Shown here: positions 26,844 through 35,542 of the stretch, one piece after another
Layout of the letters: every line of letters begins with the position of its first letter
Position numbering within the stretch: position 1 is the stretch's first letter
Source: Opitutaceae bacterium
GTDB taxonomy: Bacteria; Verrucomicrobiota; Verrucomicrobiia; Opitutales; Opitutaceae
Assembly: GCA_036406235.1 (NCBI GenBank)
Contig: DASWVO010000207.1
Span: 1-39,976, forward strand
Length of the DNA: 39,976 bases
Reading direction: 5' to 3'
Program-made: the position numbers and the translations under genes
Notes under the pieces: model-generated
The model's input: only the letters and a program-made list of their open reading frames with translations
What the model was told of the DNA's origin: nothing
Database searches by the model: none

Positions 26844-29378
26844 TCAGAAGCGCGTCGTGAAGGTCAGCCGCACGTTCGGGCGGGGCGCCTGGGCGACGGC
26901 GAAGCGCGCGCCGGGCGAGTAAAGGTAGTCGTCGTCGAGGATGTTGTCCCCCGTGAGGCGCACCGTGTAGTTCTTCCAGCGATACGACACGTTCGCCGTG
27001 ACCGTGGTGTAGCCCTCCACATAGGCGCTTGGCTGGGCGACGACACCGAGGACGGTGACCGGCGGCGGCGCGTCGACGGCCTGGCTGCCGGTGTAGGAGG
27101 CGCCGAGCGAGAGCGACAGACCCTTCAGCCGGCTGTCGGTGAACTTATAGTTGACGAGCAGCGCCGCGGCGTGGTCGGAGATCGCCCGGAGGCGTCGGCC
27201 GAACGAGTCGCGGGCCCGCATGAGGGTGAGACTGCCGACAAGCGACCAGTTGCTGGTGAGCGTGCCCATCGCCTCGAATTCCCAGCCGTCGCTCTTGAGG
27301 TCGTAGCGGAGGAATTGGGGAACAGTCTTGTCGACCTGGAATTCGGGATTCGGGACGACGACGTTGTCCTGCGTGATGTCGAAGTGGGCGAGGGTCAGCG
27401 AGAGCTTGCGGTTAAGCAGATCGGCCTTGACGCCAAACTCGTGCTGCACGCCGGTGCTCCACACGGGCTGGTTGTTGAGCGTGGAGGCGTTCGCGTTGGT
27501 GGAGTAGCTGTAGTAGTAGGACGCCCCGAACGCCTTGGCCAGGATGCCGCCGAAATAGGTGTCCTGGTAGTCGTCAAGCTTGCCCGATGTCCCGGCGAGG
27601 AGATTGCTGCTGGTGGATTTGACCCACACGCGCGAGGCGCCGCCGGTGGCGATGATGCGATTGTCGAGGAACGCGAGTTTCTCCATCACGTAGAGCTGCC
27701 GCGGATCCGAGCGCTCGCTCGTGTTGGTCGTAAGGTTATCTGGATACACCGGGCGGGCGCCATAGACCGGCGCAAACAAGTTGAAGCTCGGCAGCGTGCC
27801 CGTCTTGGTGTGCCCGTCGCTCCACGCGTGAGTGAAGACCCAGCCGGCGACGGTCGTGGACGACACGCGCTCGAAGTTGTAGGTGGCGGCGTAGTCGTTC
27901 TGGACGCTGAACGTCTGGGACGAGCCGATGGCGAGGGCCGAGATGCGCGGGATGTTCGTCGGGTCGTAGAATGGCGAAGGCACCGGCGCATAATCGAGGG
28001 TGCCGGCCGGGGCGGTCCAGATGGTGTCGGGCGTCAGCTGTCCGGTGTAGGGATTGTACCGGTTCGAGGTGTTGGGGTAGTTGAGCTGGGAAAGTTCGCC
28101 GAACTCGCGCACCCAGGTGTAGTCGGCGGCCAGCCGGACGCTGATGTGGTCCGAAAGCGCCGTGTTGAACTGGAGGTTCACCTTGTGGAGCGTGGTCGTG
28201 CGCGTGTTCCAGTCCTCCGCGCCGTTGCGACCCGAACGCGAGTAGCCCGGCGCTTTCACCACCGTGGCGCCGTCGGTCACGGAGGAATCGACGAGCACGC
28301 GCGGATCGCCCCAGGAGGCGGAATCGCTGTAGTAGTATTTCAGCGTGACGTTGGTGCGGTCGCTCGGTTGGAACGTCAGTTGCGGGTTGATCAACCGGAC
28401 GCGCAGTGAGGAGTCGTCCCAGTTGCGGTCGGTGTCCTGGTAGGCGCCGATCGCGCGATAGGCGAATTTCCCGCTGCCCGGGAGCGGCCCCGTCGAGTCG
28501 ATCGAGATGCGCTGCGCGTCGTAGACGCCCACCATCGCAGAGATTTCCTGGCGTGGAGTGAACAGCGGGGACTTCGTGATGACGTTGACGGCGCCGCCCG
28601 GCGATCCGGTCGGCGCGAGGATCGTATTCGGGCCTTTCACGATTTCGACGCGGTCGACCAGCGCCTCGTCGAAGTTGGAGTTCGCGGAGAGGAGGAAGTT
28701 GTCGATGGTGCGGTTGTTGTTTTCGAAGCCGCGGATCTGCACGCGGTCCTGGAAGGTGGGGCCGCGCCCTTCGGTGATCCCCGCGACATACCGGGTGGCG
28801 TCGTAGAGGCGGGTCGGCGCCAGATCGTCCATGAACTCCCGCGTGATCACATTGATCGAGGCCGGGGTTTCGTTGATTTCACCGCGCACGCGGGCCGCCG
28901 AGACCGAGCTTCCGGCGCGGTAGGGGCTTTCCTGTTGTGCGGACACACTGAATACAGGCAGCCGCACGGTGTCCTCGGAGGAAGGGCCTGCGGCGGGGGT
29001 GGCGGCCTGGGGCTGGACGACGGCGACCGCGAGCGTGCGGTCGACGGTCAGCGCGCCGGTCCGCTCATCGCGCACGACCCGCAGTTCCGTGCCGGCGGTC
29101 ATGATCTCGAGTGCTTCGCGGGGAAGGTGCCGACCCTGGACCGCGTTGGTGTGCGCGCCTTTGACCTTGTTGGCGGAAAAGATGAACTGCACGCCGGATT
29201 GTTCGGCGAAGGCAGGCAGGGAGGACTCGGCTGCGCCTGCGGGTATGTTGAACGTGCGCTGGGTCTCCTGCGCGTGGAGGCGGGAAACCAAGGCGGTCAG
29301 AACGCTGAAAAGGATCACGGCCGAAAGGCGAAGTCGCCACGGTCGGAGCAACCAGGGAGTGCGGGGGTGTGAAGTCAT
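26844..29378 (-). CDS. TonB-dependent receptor/transducer with N-terminal STN signalling domain
   Basis: Signal peptide, an STN-like segment (FNIPAGAAESSLPAFAEQSGVQFIFSANKVKGAHTNAVQGRHLPREALEIMTAGTELRV), a plug region with TonB-box-like DTVRLPVFSV, a long beta-barrel, and a terminal aromatic residue (...LTFTTRF). Confidence 0.9.
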   Translation of the reverse strand: MTSHPRTPWLLRPWRLRLSAVILFSVLTALVSRLHAQETQRTFNIPAGAAESSLPAFAEQSGVQFIFSANKVKGAHTNAVQGRHLPREALEIMTAGTELRVVRDERTGALTVDRTLAVAVVQPQAATPAAGPSSEDTVRLPVFSVSAQQESPYRAGSSVSAARVRGEINETPASINVITREFMDDLAPTRLYDATRYVAGITEGRGPTFQDRVQIRGFENNNRTIDNFLLSANSNFDEALVDRVEIVKGPNTILAPTGSPGGAVNVITKSPLFTPRQEISAMVGVYDAQRISIDSTGPLPGSGKFAYRAIGAYQDTDRNWDDSSLRVRLINPQLTFQPSDRTNVTLKYYYSDSASWGDPRVLVDSSVTDGATVVKAPGYSRSGRNGAEDWNTRTTTLHKVNLQFNTALSDHISVRLAADYTWVREFGELSQLNYPNTSNRYNPYTGQLTPDTIWTAPAGTLDYAPVPSPFYDPTNIPRISALAIGSSQTFSVQNDYAATYNFERVSSTTVAGWVFTHAWSDGHTKTGTLPSFNLFAPVYGARPVYPDNLTTNTSERSDPRQLYVMEKLAFLDNRIIATGGASRVWVKSTSSNLLAGTSGKLDDYQDTYFGGILAKAFGASYYYSYSTNANASTLNNQPVWSTGVQHEFGVKADLLNRKLSLTLAHFDITQDNVVVPNPEFQVDKTVPQFLRYDLKSDGWEFEAMGTLTSNWSLVGSLTLMRARDSFGRRLRAISDHAAALLVNYKFTDSRLKGLSLSLGASYTGSQAVDAPPPVTVLGVVAQPSAYVEGYTTVTANVSYRWKNYTVRLTGDNILDDDYLYSPGARFAVAQAPRPNVRLTFTTRF

Positions 29379-29485
29379 CGTTGGGGTGTGGGGTGTGCGA
29401 CGGCGCGCGTGCGCCGTTCACCCTACAAGACTCCGCCGCCGGGAATTTCCGTTACGTCAAATTCGCGAGTTTTTCAGGACGCCGT

Positions 29486-30556
29486 CTATCTCGCGGGCTG
29501 CAGCACCGTGAGATTGGGCGACTCCTGAACCGGAACGACATCGACGGTCGCGTGGGCGATCCGGATAAATCCCTCGACGTTATCCGCGCGGAAAACGCCG
29601 GTGAGCGTGCGCCGGGCGAGCGCCGGGTGCCCGAGCTTGAGCTGGTGCGCGTTGCGTTGGTTGAACGCCGCGACGACTTCGTCCAGCGGCGTGCGGTCGA
29701 ACGCGAGCCGGGTCGTGCGCCACGCGAGCGATTCGTGCAACTCCACCGAGGCGGGGGAGCCGACCGTCGTGACGCTTGCGGCCCCCGACGCCACGTCGAC
29801 GACGGCCCGCTGGCCGGCGCTGAGCGCGGGCACCAGCGGGGTCGCTTCATCGTCGGCCGCGGGAGCGGGAGTGGCGGCACCTTCCACTGAGACGCTGCCC
29901 TCGGTCACCAGCACGTCGACCGTCTGGGCTTCGTGCCGCACATCAAACGCAGTGCCGACGGCACGGACGGTGATCGGTCCGACCGACACCAGAAACGGGC
30001 GGTTCGGATTCTTCGCGACACTGAAGTGGGCTTCCCCGCGCAGCAGGCGAACGCACCGCTCGGAGCCGGTGAACGAGGTCTCGATCTCGCTGTCGCCGTT
30101 CAACTCCGCCACGGAACCATCGGGCAGCCAGAGGCGTTGGGCCGTGCTCGCGAGCACCCAGTGGTTGCCGGGATTAGCCTGGGTTTGTTCGAGTGCGGTG
30201 CCGGCGGGAGTCGAGAGCAAGCCCGTCCAGTGGATGCAAACCGCGACTGCCGCGGCCGCGGCAAGCAGGGCGGCTGCACTCAGGAAAGTCTGGCGACGGG
30301 CGCGACGCCGGCGGGCCCGCGCTTCAATCGCATCGGCCATCGCCCTCAACCGCGGCAGCGAGCGGGCCGCATCGAGCTGCTGCCACACGTCGGTCATGCG
30401 AGCGAGCTCGGCGTCGCGCCGCGGGTCGGCGGACCGCCACCCGGCGAGCGTTTCCGATGGCGGGATGCCGCGATCGAGACGCGCCAGTCGCTCCGCGGCG
30501 GCGCGCGCAGCGGCCTCGTCCAAGGCGGTGTGGATGCGATCAGGCTCGTCGTTCAT
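29486..30556 (-). CDS. FecR-family anti-sigma factor / transmembrane sensor
   Basis: N-terminal anti-sigma region, one TM (LSAAALLAAAAAVAVCI), and a FecR domain (WLPDGSVAELNGDSEIETSF...VRLLRGEAHFSVAKNPNRPFLVSVGPITVRAVGTAFDV). Start MNDEPDRIH at 30554-30556 overlaps the sigma gene stop by 17 nt. Confidence 0.8.
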   Translation of the reverse strand: MNDEPDRIHTALDEAAARAAAERLARLDRGIPPSETLAGWRSADPRRDAELARMTDVWQQLDAARSLPRLRAMADAIEARARRRRARRQTFLSAAALLAAAAAVAVCIHWTGLLSTPAGTALEQTQANPGNHWVLASTAQRLWLPDGSVAELNGDSEIETSFTGSERCVRLLRGEAHFSVAKNPNRPFLVSVGPITVRAVGTAFDVRHEAQTVDVLVTEGSVSVEGAATPAPAADDEATPLVPALSAGQRAVVDVASGAASVTTVGSPASVELHESLAWRTTRLAFDRTPLDEVVAAFNQRNAHQLKLGHPALARRTLTGVFRADNVEGFIRIAHATVDVVPVQESPNLTVLQPAR

Positions 30557-31220
30557 GATGGGCGGATTTGCCGAGGCCGCGGGCGCGGAGATAATCGGCG
30601 CAACGGTGCACCCCCTTCGCCGCGAGCGACTCAACTGTGTTCTCGGAGATGCCGAGCAGCGCGGCGATCTCCCGTTGCGACAGACCTTTGACTTTGCGTA
30701 AAAGCAGCACCTCTCGACAACGCTCCGGCAGGGCGTCGATCGCCTCCGCGAGCAGGGCGAGTTCCTGCTGGCGGCACACGAGCTCCACCACGCCGGGCTT
30801 ATCATCCAAGACGGGGAGGGCGTCGTTTTCCGTGATGGGAATCACCTCGGCGCGGGTATTGCGGTGCAGGAAATCGCGCACGGCATTGCGCGCCACGGCA
30901 AAGAGGAACGATTTGGTGGAGCGAATCGAGTCGCACTTCTTCGCCCGGATGATGCGCGCGTAGGTGTCCTGCATCAGATCGTCCACGTCCCTGAGCGAGG
31001 GGAGCGATCGACGGAGGTAGGAACGCAGCGAGAGCTCGTGCGGCTGCACCTCCTCGGCAAACCAGTGTGCGAGGTTCGGTTCGGCGGCGGGCGACGACAC
31101 GCAGCCGATTTCATCCGGATGCGCGCATGCAGCATCGTCTGTTGACTCGGAACTCACGAGCGGGGTGGGTGGCGGGGTTCGCACGAACTGTGTGGAAGTT
31201 TCGCAGAACGCAAGCCGCAT
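30540..31220 (-). CDS. ECF (sigma-70 family group IV, FecI-like) RNA polymerase sigma factor
   Basis: Region 2 (DVDDLMQDTYARIIRAKKCDSIRSTKSFLFAVARNAVRDFLHRN) and region 4 (LPERCREVLLLRKVKGLSQREIAALLGISENTVESLAAKGVHRCADYL). The start is uncertain: ATG at 31218-31220 was chosen, and the track ORF extends much further upstream. Confidence 0.75.
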   Translation of the reverse strand: MRLAFCETSTQFVRTPPPTPLVSSESTDDAACAHPDEIGCVSSPAAEPNLAHWFAEEVQPHELSLRSYLRRSLPSLRDVDDLMQDTYARIIRAKKCDSIRSTKSFLFAVARNAVRDFLHRNTRAEVIPITENDALPVLDDKPGVVELVCRQQELALLAEAIDALPERCREVLLLRKVKGLSQREIAALLGISENTVESLAAKGVHRCADYLRARGLGKSAHHERRA

Positions 31221-31469
31221 TTCCCTTCCCGCGCCGCCTGGCTGCCGCGACCGTGAAATCAAAAACTGGATACAGCCGGTCCCGGCCCGGTCGCCACCCA
31301 GTCGGCCGCAACGAATGCGGCCGGGCGGGTGCGGCGCACCGCGCTCCCTCGGGGCAGACGATGACTGGCATCGGAGGACGACCTGATGGCGGGCCGTGGC
31401 CGGGCGGACTAAGCTACGGTGATCTGCCCGCGCGACGCGGGACTTCGTCAATCGAAACGAGGAGTCACC

Positions 31470-31721
31470 ATGAACATCGCAGCTGAAAAGGAAATCGCAC
31501 ACATCGGCGAAACCCAGGGCGCAGCCGATCACGATCACGACATGATCCATGAGCTCAGCAAACGTCTGGATGCGGTCTGGCGTTACGATCAATACATCTT
31601 TAACGCCGAAGGAAATCCGGACCTGCAACGGTTCTGGCGCGACTTGAAACGGCAGGACCAGGAGAACGTGCGGCGACTGAAGGAGCTCGTCGCCGAGCAC
31701 TGCAAGAAGAACTGCTTCTAG
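31470..31721 (+). CDS. small hypothetical protein (83 aa) with His/Asp-rich N-terminus
   Basis: ATG at 31470 preceded by GAGGAG at about -10. Product: MNIAAEKEIAHIGETQGAADHDHDMIHELSKRLDAVWRYDQYIFNAEG...HCKKNCF. It is divergent from the ECF sigma gene and no family was recognised. Confidence 0.45.
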   Translation: MNIAAEKEIAHIGETQGAADHDHDMIHELSKRLDAVWRYDQYIFNAEGNPDLQRFWRDLKRQDQENVRRLKELVAEHCKKNCF

Positions 31722-31862
31722 GTTGGAAGGAACGTTGCGGTTCCTGGCGGCCCGCTCTCCGAAAGGGGGGCGCTTAAGTTCACGCACGTCAATGCGGCCT
31801 GCCCGAAGATAGGCTCTGCCTAGCGGCCGAGCCCCTCCACGGGGTTGCTCCTGCCGGCATCC

Positions 31863-33302
31863 TCACGGCGACGGCGCGGTCGCCGTCGCGGCCTTTGCTC
31901 CGCGCGGACGCGGGAGATCGCGAAACGCCGGCGCATCCGTTGACGGAAGCCAGCGGCCGAGGCCGGACTTGATGGCGGCGTACTCCGGCCGGTCGGCAAG
32001 ATTCGTCCATTCGAGCGCGTCGACGGCGTGGTCGTAGAGTTCCTCCGTACCGTCGGCGTAGCGGATGTAGCGCCAGCGCGCGTCCCGCACGGCGTGATTG
32101 CCGCGTCCGTAGGTCATGATCGCCGGCCGGTCGCGCGTGGCTGCAGGGTCGCGCAGCAGGGGCACGAGACTCTCGCCCTCGACCCCGCCCGCCGGCGCCG
32201 GCAGGCCGCAGAGTTCGTTCAGCGTCGGATAGAGATCGAGCAACGAGACGGGCTGGGAACAGCGCGCGGCGGTCCTCGACACCCCCGGCGCGACGATGAT
32301 CAGGGGAACATGCGTGGCCTTTTCCCAGAGGGTGAACTTCTCCCATTTGCCCTTTTCGCCGAGCTGGAAGCCGTGGTCGCTCCACACCACGATGATCGTG
32401 TTCGCGCCCTGCGGATGACGTTCGAGCGCGGCGAGCACGCGGCCGATCTGCTCGTCAGCAAACGTGGCGCAGGCTTGATAGGCTTGAATCGCGTGCTCGC
32501 GCGAGCCGGGGTGCGCGGCCTCGGCGGCGAAGTGTTTCATCCAGATGTCGCCGTCGAGCAGCGCCCGGGCGCCGGCCGGAAGATCGACGGCATCGTCGGG
32601 GTTCCACTCCGGGAGGGCGAGCGTATCGAGGGGATGGTTACGGAAATGACGCGCCGGCGCAAAGTGCGGCGAGTGCGGACGGTAGATGCCAACGGCGAGA
32701 AAAAACGGGCCGCCGGCGGGGCGTCGCAGGAAATCCACGGCCCAGTCCGCGGTCTTCACGTCGGGCAGGTCCCGTTCGTCCGGCGGCCAGGCGCCCCAGT
32801 CGAAGTTGGCGTTGATGGCGGTGAGCTGGTTCAGCCGCCGCGGCGGATACCGATCCGGGGCGAGGAGCTGGAACTCGCCGAACGACGTGGCGTCGTGGAA
32901 CGCGTTGTTCCAGCCATGGTGAAAGATTTTCCCGGCGCCGACACTGCGGTAGCCGTGCGCCTTGAAATGAGCAGGCAAGGTGACCGTGTGGGGCATCGCG
33001 CCCCGCCAGTCGGTCGAGTTGCCATAGACACCGGAGCTCGCAGGGGAGCGGCCGGTGAGAACGGCGGCGCGCGACGGGTTGCAGGCCGGCGAGGAGGCGT
33101 AGGCGTGGGTGAAGAACACGCCGCGCTGCGCGAGTCGCGTGAGGTGGGGGAGCTTGATCGGCGCCGCGGCATCGTGGAGCTCCGTCCAATCATTGAGGTC
33201 GTCGATGACGACAAAGAGAACGTTGGGTGGAGGGCTCGCGCCGACACCGGCGGCAACGGCGAGTACGAGGGCCGGCACGAGCGGGAGAGGAGGGCGTAAC
33301 AT
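31863..33302 (-). CDS. sulfatase (formylglycine-dependent, arylsulfatase / N-sulfoglucosamine sulfohydrolase-like) with signal peptide
   Basis: NVLFVVIDDLNDW metal-binding start, the sulfatase signature SPACNPSRAAVLTGR (CxPSR), and downstream GKxHxG-like motifs. Start MLRPPLPLVPALVLAVAAGVGA at 33300-33302. Confidence 0.85.
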   Translation of the reverse strand: MLRPPLPLVPALVLAVAAGVGASPPPNVLFVVIDDLNDWTELHDAAAPIKLPHLTRLAQRGVFFTHAYASSPACNPSRAAVLTGRSPASSGVYGNSTDWRGAMPHTVTLPAHFKAHGYRSVGAGKIFHHGWNNAFHDATSFGEFQLLAPDRYPPRRLNQLTAINANFDWGAWPPDERDLPDVKTADWAVDFLRRPAGGPFFLAVGIYRPHSPHFAPARHFRNHPLDTLALPEWNPDDAVDLPAGARALLDGDIWMKHFAAEAAHPGSREHAIQAYQACATFADEQIGRVLAALERHPQGANTIIVVWSDHGFQLGEKGKWEKFTLWEKATHVPLIIVAPGVSRTAARCSQPVSLLDLYPTLNELCGLPAPAGGVEGESLVPLLRDPAATRDRPAIMTYGRGNHAVRDARWRYIRYADGTEELYDHAVDALEWTNLADRPEYAAIKSGLGRWLPSTDAPAFRDLPRPRGAKAATATAPSP

Positions 33303-33438
33303 AAGCGGAGGGATAACCCGGACCGGATTCGGAGCCCGCAGGCGGTGTCCGGCGACATCGCGCTGCTGGTCTTTTTTTTGGACTTGCGGTGGCAAACGGG
33401 CGGGCCGACATCCTCTGCGGCAACCGCCGCCCCAAACC

Positions 33439-34509
33439 GTGCACCCCTTCCGACCCAGGCTTGCGGATCATGTGATTGCGGAACTGCGCGCCGGGATTGA
33501 GAGCCGCCGGTGGACGGAGTGGCTGCCGCACGAGCGGGTGCTCGCCGACGAGCTGAAAGTGAGCCGCGGCTCGCTGCGCGCGGCGCTGGCGACGCTGCGC
33601 GCGGACGGCTGGGTGGAGTCACGGCGAGGGCAGGGAACGCGCCTCGTATTACGCGCCGGGGCTGCGGTCGAAAGCCACGCGAAAGGAAAGACGGTCTGCC
33701 TCTTGTCGCCCGGCGACCTTGTCACCAGTCGGCCGATACGTCTGCTGGACGCGAGCGGCCTGCGCGGCGAACTCGCGGAGCAAGGGGTGAACTTTCGGCT
33801 GATCGAGCAACGCCGCTGCTACGGGGCGCGGCCGGAGCCTGCGCTGGCGGCCCAGTTCGCGAAAGAGCGTGCCGATTGCTGGATCGTGAGGCTGGCCACG
33901 GAGCGCATGCAACGCTGGCTCGCGGCCCACGCGCCGCAGACGATCCTCGCCGGCACGCCTTTTCCCGGGATCAACCTGGCGTGCGTCGATACGGACCACG
34001 CCGCGATCGCGCGGCACGCCACCGGTCGGCTGCTGGCGGCGGGGCACACGCGCCTGGCTTTGCTGATCGACGGCGAGAGCAAGGCGGGCGATCTGGAGAC
34101 CGAGCGCGGGTTTTGCGAAGCCGCTGCGGGACGGGCGATGGGCCGCATCGAGCACCTCACGCCCGGGACGCCGGCGGTGGCGCGAACCGTGACGCGCTTG
34201 TTGGACGCGAAGGAGCCGGTCACCGGGCTGTTGGTGAGTCAGCCGACGACGTACCTGACGGTGATCGGCGTGCTGGGGGCACGGCGGCTGCGGGTGCCGC
34301 AGGACGTCTCATTGATCGCCCTGAGGGACGATGCGCTCTTTTCGTTCCTGACGCCGGAACCGACCACCTACCGGGCGGGCACCGTCCGCTATACGCGCCT
34401 GATGCTGGCGCAGATCCGGCGCTGCCTCGACGGTGCAGCGCCGCCGCGCGCGCGGCTGTTGTTGCCGCACTTCGTGCGCGGCGCGTCGGTCGCCCGGCTG
34501 CGCGCGTGA
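33439..34509 (+). CDS. transcriptional regulator, GntR-type HTH fused to a LacI/periplasmic-binding-protein-like sugar-binding domain
   Basis: N-terminus ...LADHVIAELRAGIESRRWTEWLPHERVLADELKVSRGSLRAALATLRADGWVESRRGQGTRL is a GntR winged helix. The C-terminal approximately 280 aa resembles a LacI-family effector domain. There is no in-frame ATG; the start is probably GTG 33439 (or GTG 33472). Confidence 0.65.
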   Translation: MHPFRPRLADHVIAELRAGIESRRWTEWLPHERVLADELKVSRGSLRAALATLRADGWVESRRGQGTRLVLRAGAAVESHAKGKTVCLLSPGDLVTSRPIRLLDASGLRGELAEQGVNFRLIEQRRCYGARPEPALAAQFAKERADCWIVRLATERMQRWLAAHAPQTILAGTPFPGINLACVDTDHAAIARHATGRLLAAGHTRLALLIDGESKAGDLETERGFCEAAAGRAMGRIEHLTPGTPAVARTVTRLLDAKEPVTGLLVSQPTTYLTVIGVLGARRLRVPQDVSLIALRDDALFSFLTPEPTTYRAGTVRYTRLMLAQIRRCLDGAAPPRARLLLPHFVRGASVARLRA

Positions 34510-34621
34510 GGTCGCGGTTCAACCACGATGGGCAAGGACGAACACCCAGTGCGCCCGCTTCGGTACCCTCCCCCGCCTCGCCAGACGCCTGCGCACGCTC
34601 GCCATTTACGTTTCCACGCGC

Positions 34622-34833
34622 GTCAGAGGCTCGTGCACGGGTGTCAGACGCTTGTGCATGCTGGCAATTTTGCGTGCGCAAACGCGGCAGACACGCATGC
34701 ACACCAAGTCAGCACGTTGTGCCGCGGGGTCAGATGCTGCCGCGCGTTTGAAAGCAGCGTTTGCAGGCATGTCAGCGGCCTCAACCGGTTCGTCAGCGGC
34801 TCAAACACGCGTGTCAGCGGCTGTTACCGACCG
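34622..34833. repeat. array of about 8 degenerate 21-bp tandem repeats (core GTCAG[C/A]NGCT) in a 690-bp non-coding gap
   Basis: GTCAG cores at 34622, 34643, 34708, 34729, 34771, 34792 and 34813 (spacings of 21 or 42 bp), plus a shifted GCAGAC copy at 34687. Units 1, 2 and 4 share GTCAGANGCTNGTGCANG. Confidence 0.5.
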
Positions 34834-35202
34834 GTCCGAGAATCATGTTGGATGGCCCGGGGTGGTTACAGCCGTGCGCGAGGCTGTGACGAGCGCGCGC
34901 GGCTCATACGATCGTGTCCGCGGCGGGCACACGCCTGCCAGCGGTTCATGCGCGGTTGTCGGATACTCGAGGTGCGATGTCATCAAGGGGTGCGCCTGCG
35001 TCCGAGCGTTACGCCGGGCTGTCCGAGGGACGTGTCTCGATGCTCGAAGGCAATCCGGCCTGGTCGCTACGAGGCCACAGGCCGTCAGCCTCACACGCTC
35101 AGCGCTCAACTCAATTGCTGCCGCTGAGGCCGTGATTGCAGTGAATTTGCCCGGCGGCGACGACGAAACAGGGCGGCTGGCTATGATGACCGCTTTGCCA
35201 AG

Positions 35203-35292
35203 TGGCGGAGAGGGAGGGATTCGAACCCCCGGGACCCTTGCGGGCCCAACGGTTTTCAAGACCGCCGCAATCGACCACTCTGCCACCTCTCC
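35203..35292 (-). tRNA. tRNA-Ser (anticodon UGA), 90 nt including the encoded CCA, with a long variable arm
   Basis: Reverse complement: GGAGAGGTGGCAGAGTGGTCGATTGCGGCGGTCTTGAAAACCGTTGGGCCCGCAAGGGTCCCGGGGGTTCGAATCCCTCCCTCTCCGCCA. The 7-bp acceptor stem pairs; anticodon loop is CU-UGA-AA; T-loop is TTCGAAT; the long variable arm marks type II (Ser). Confidence 0.85.
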
Positions 35293-35334
35293 GATGCGTC
35301 GCGCGCTGCTAGCCTCGCGTTCGTCTCCGGAGTT

Positions 35335-35529
35335 TCAATCGCGTTTTTTGCCAAAGAAGAAGGCAAGCCAGAGTCCCAAAGCCAGAAGCACCACCAGCCA
35401 CCAGAAGTAGCGAAGCTCCCGCGCCGCCAATTCGGCGAAGGCGAGCAGCCGGGGAAAGGCGATGCCCGCCATGACGAGCAACAGCACGCCGGCGAGCAGG
35501 AGGAGGTTGCGCCGGGAGGCGGGACTCAT
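35335..35529 (-). CDS. small membrane protein (64 aa, two predicted TM helices), probably co-transcribed with the SPFH gene
   Basis: MSPASRRNLLLLAGVLLLVMAGIAFPRLLAFAELAARELRYFWWLVVLLALGLWLAFFFGKKRD. It starts 13 nt after the upstream stop. Confidence 0.4.
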   Translation of the reverse strand: MSPASRRNLLLLAGVLLLVMAGIAFPRLLAFAELAARELRYFWWLVVLLALGLWLAFFFGKKRD

Positions 35530-35542
35530 CGCGTCCTTACGT

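Noticed and set aside
34622-34833. The 21-bp repeat array as a CRISPR array.
   Set aside because: The repeats are directly adjacent with no unique spacers, are degenerate, and no cas genes are nearby. It is a tandem repeat or iteron-like array, not CRISPR.
34510-35202. Whether the long non-coding gap encodes RNase P RNA, tmRNA, 6S RNA or SRP RNA.
   Set aside because: I could not find the conserved cores of these RNAs (for example the GAAAGUCCGG P4 motif of RNase P RNA, the tRNA-like ends of tmRNA, or the SRP domain IV hairpin). An unknown sRNA remains possible but is unsupported.
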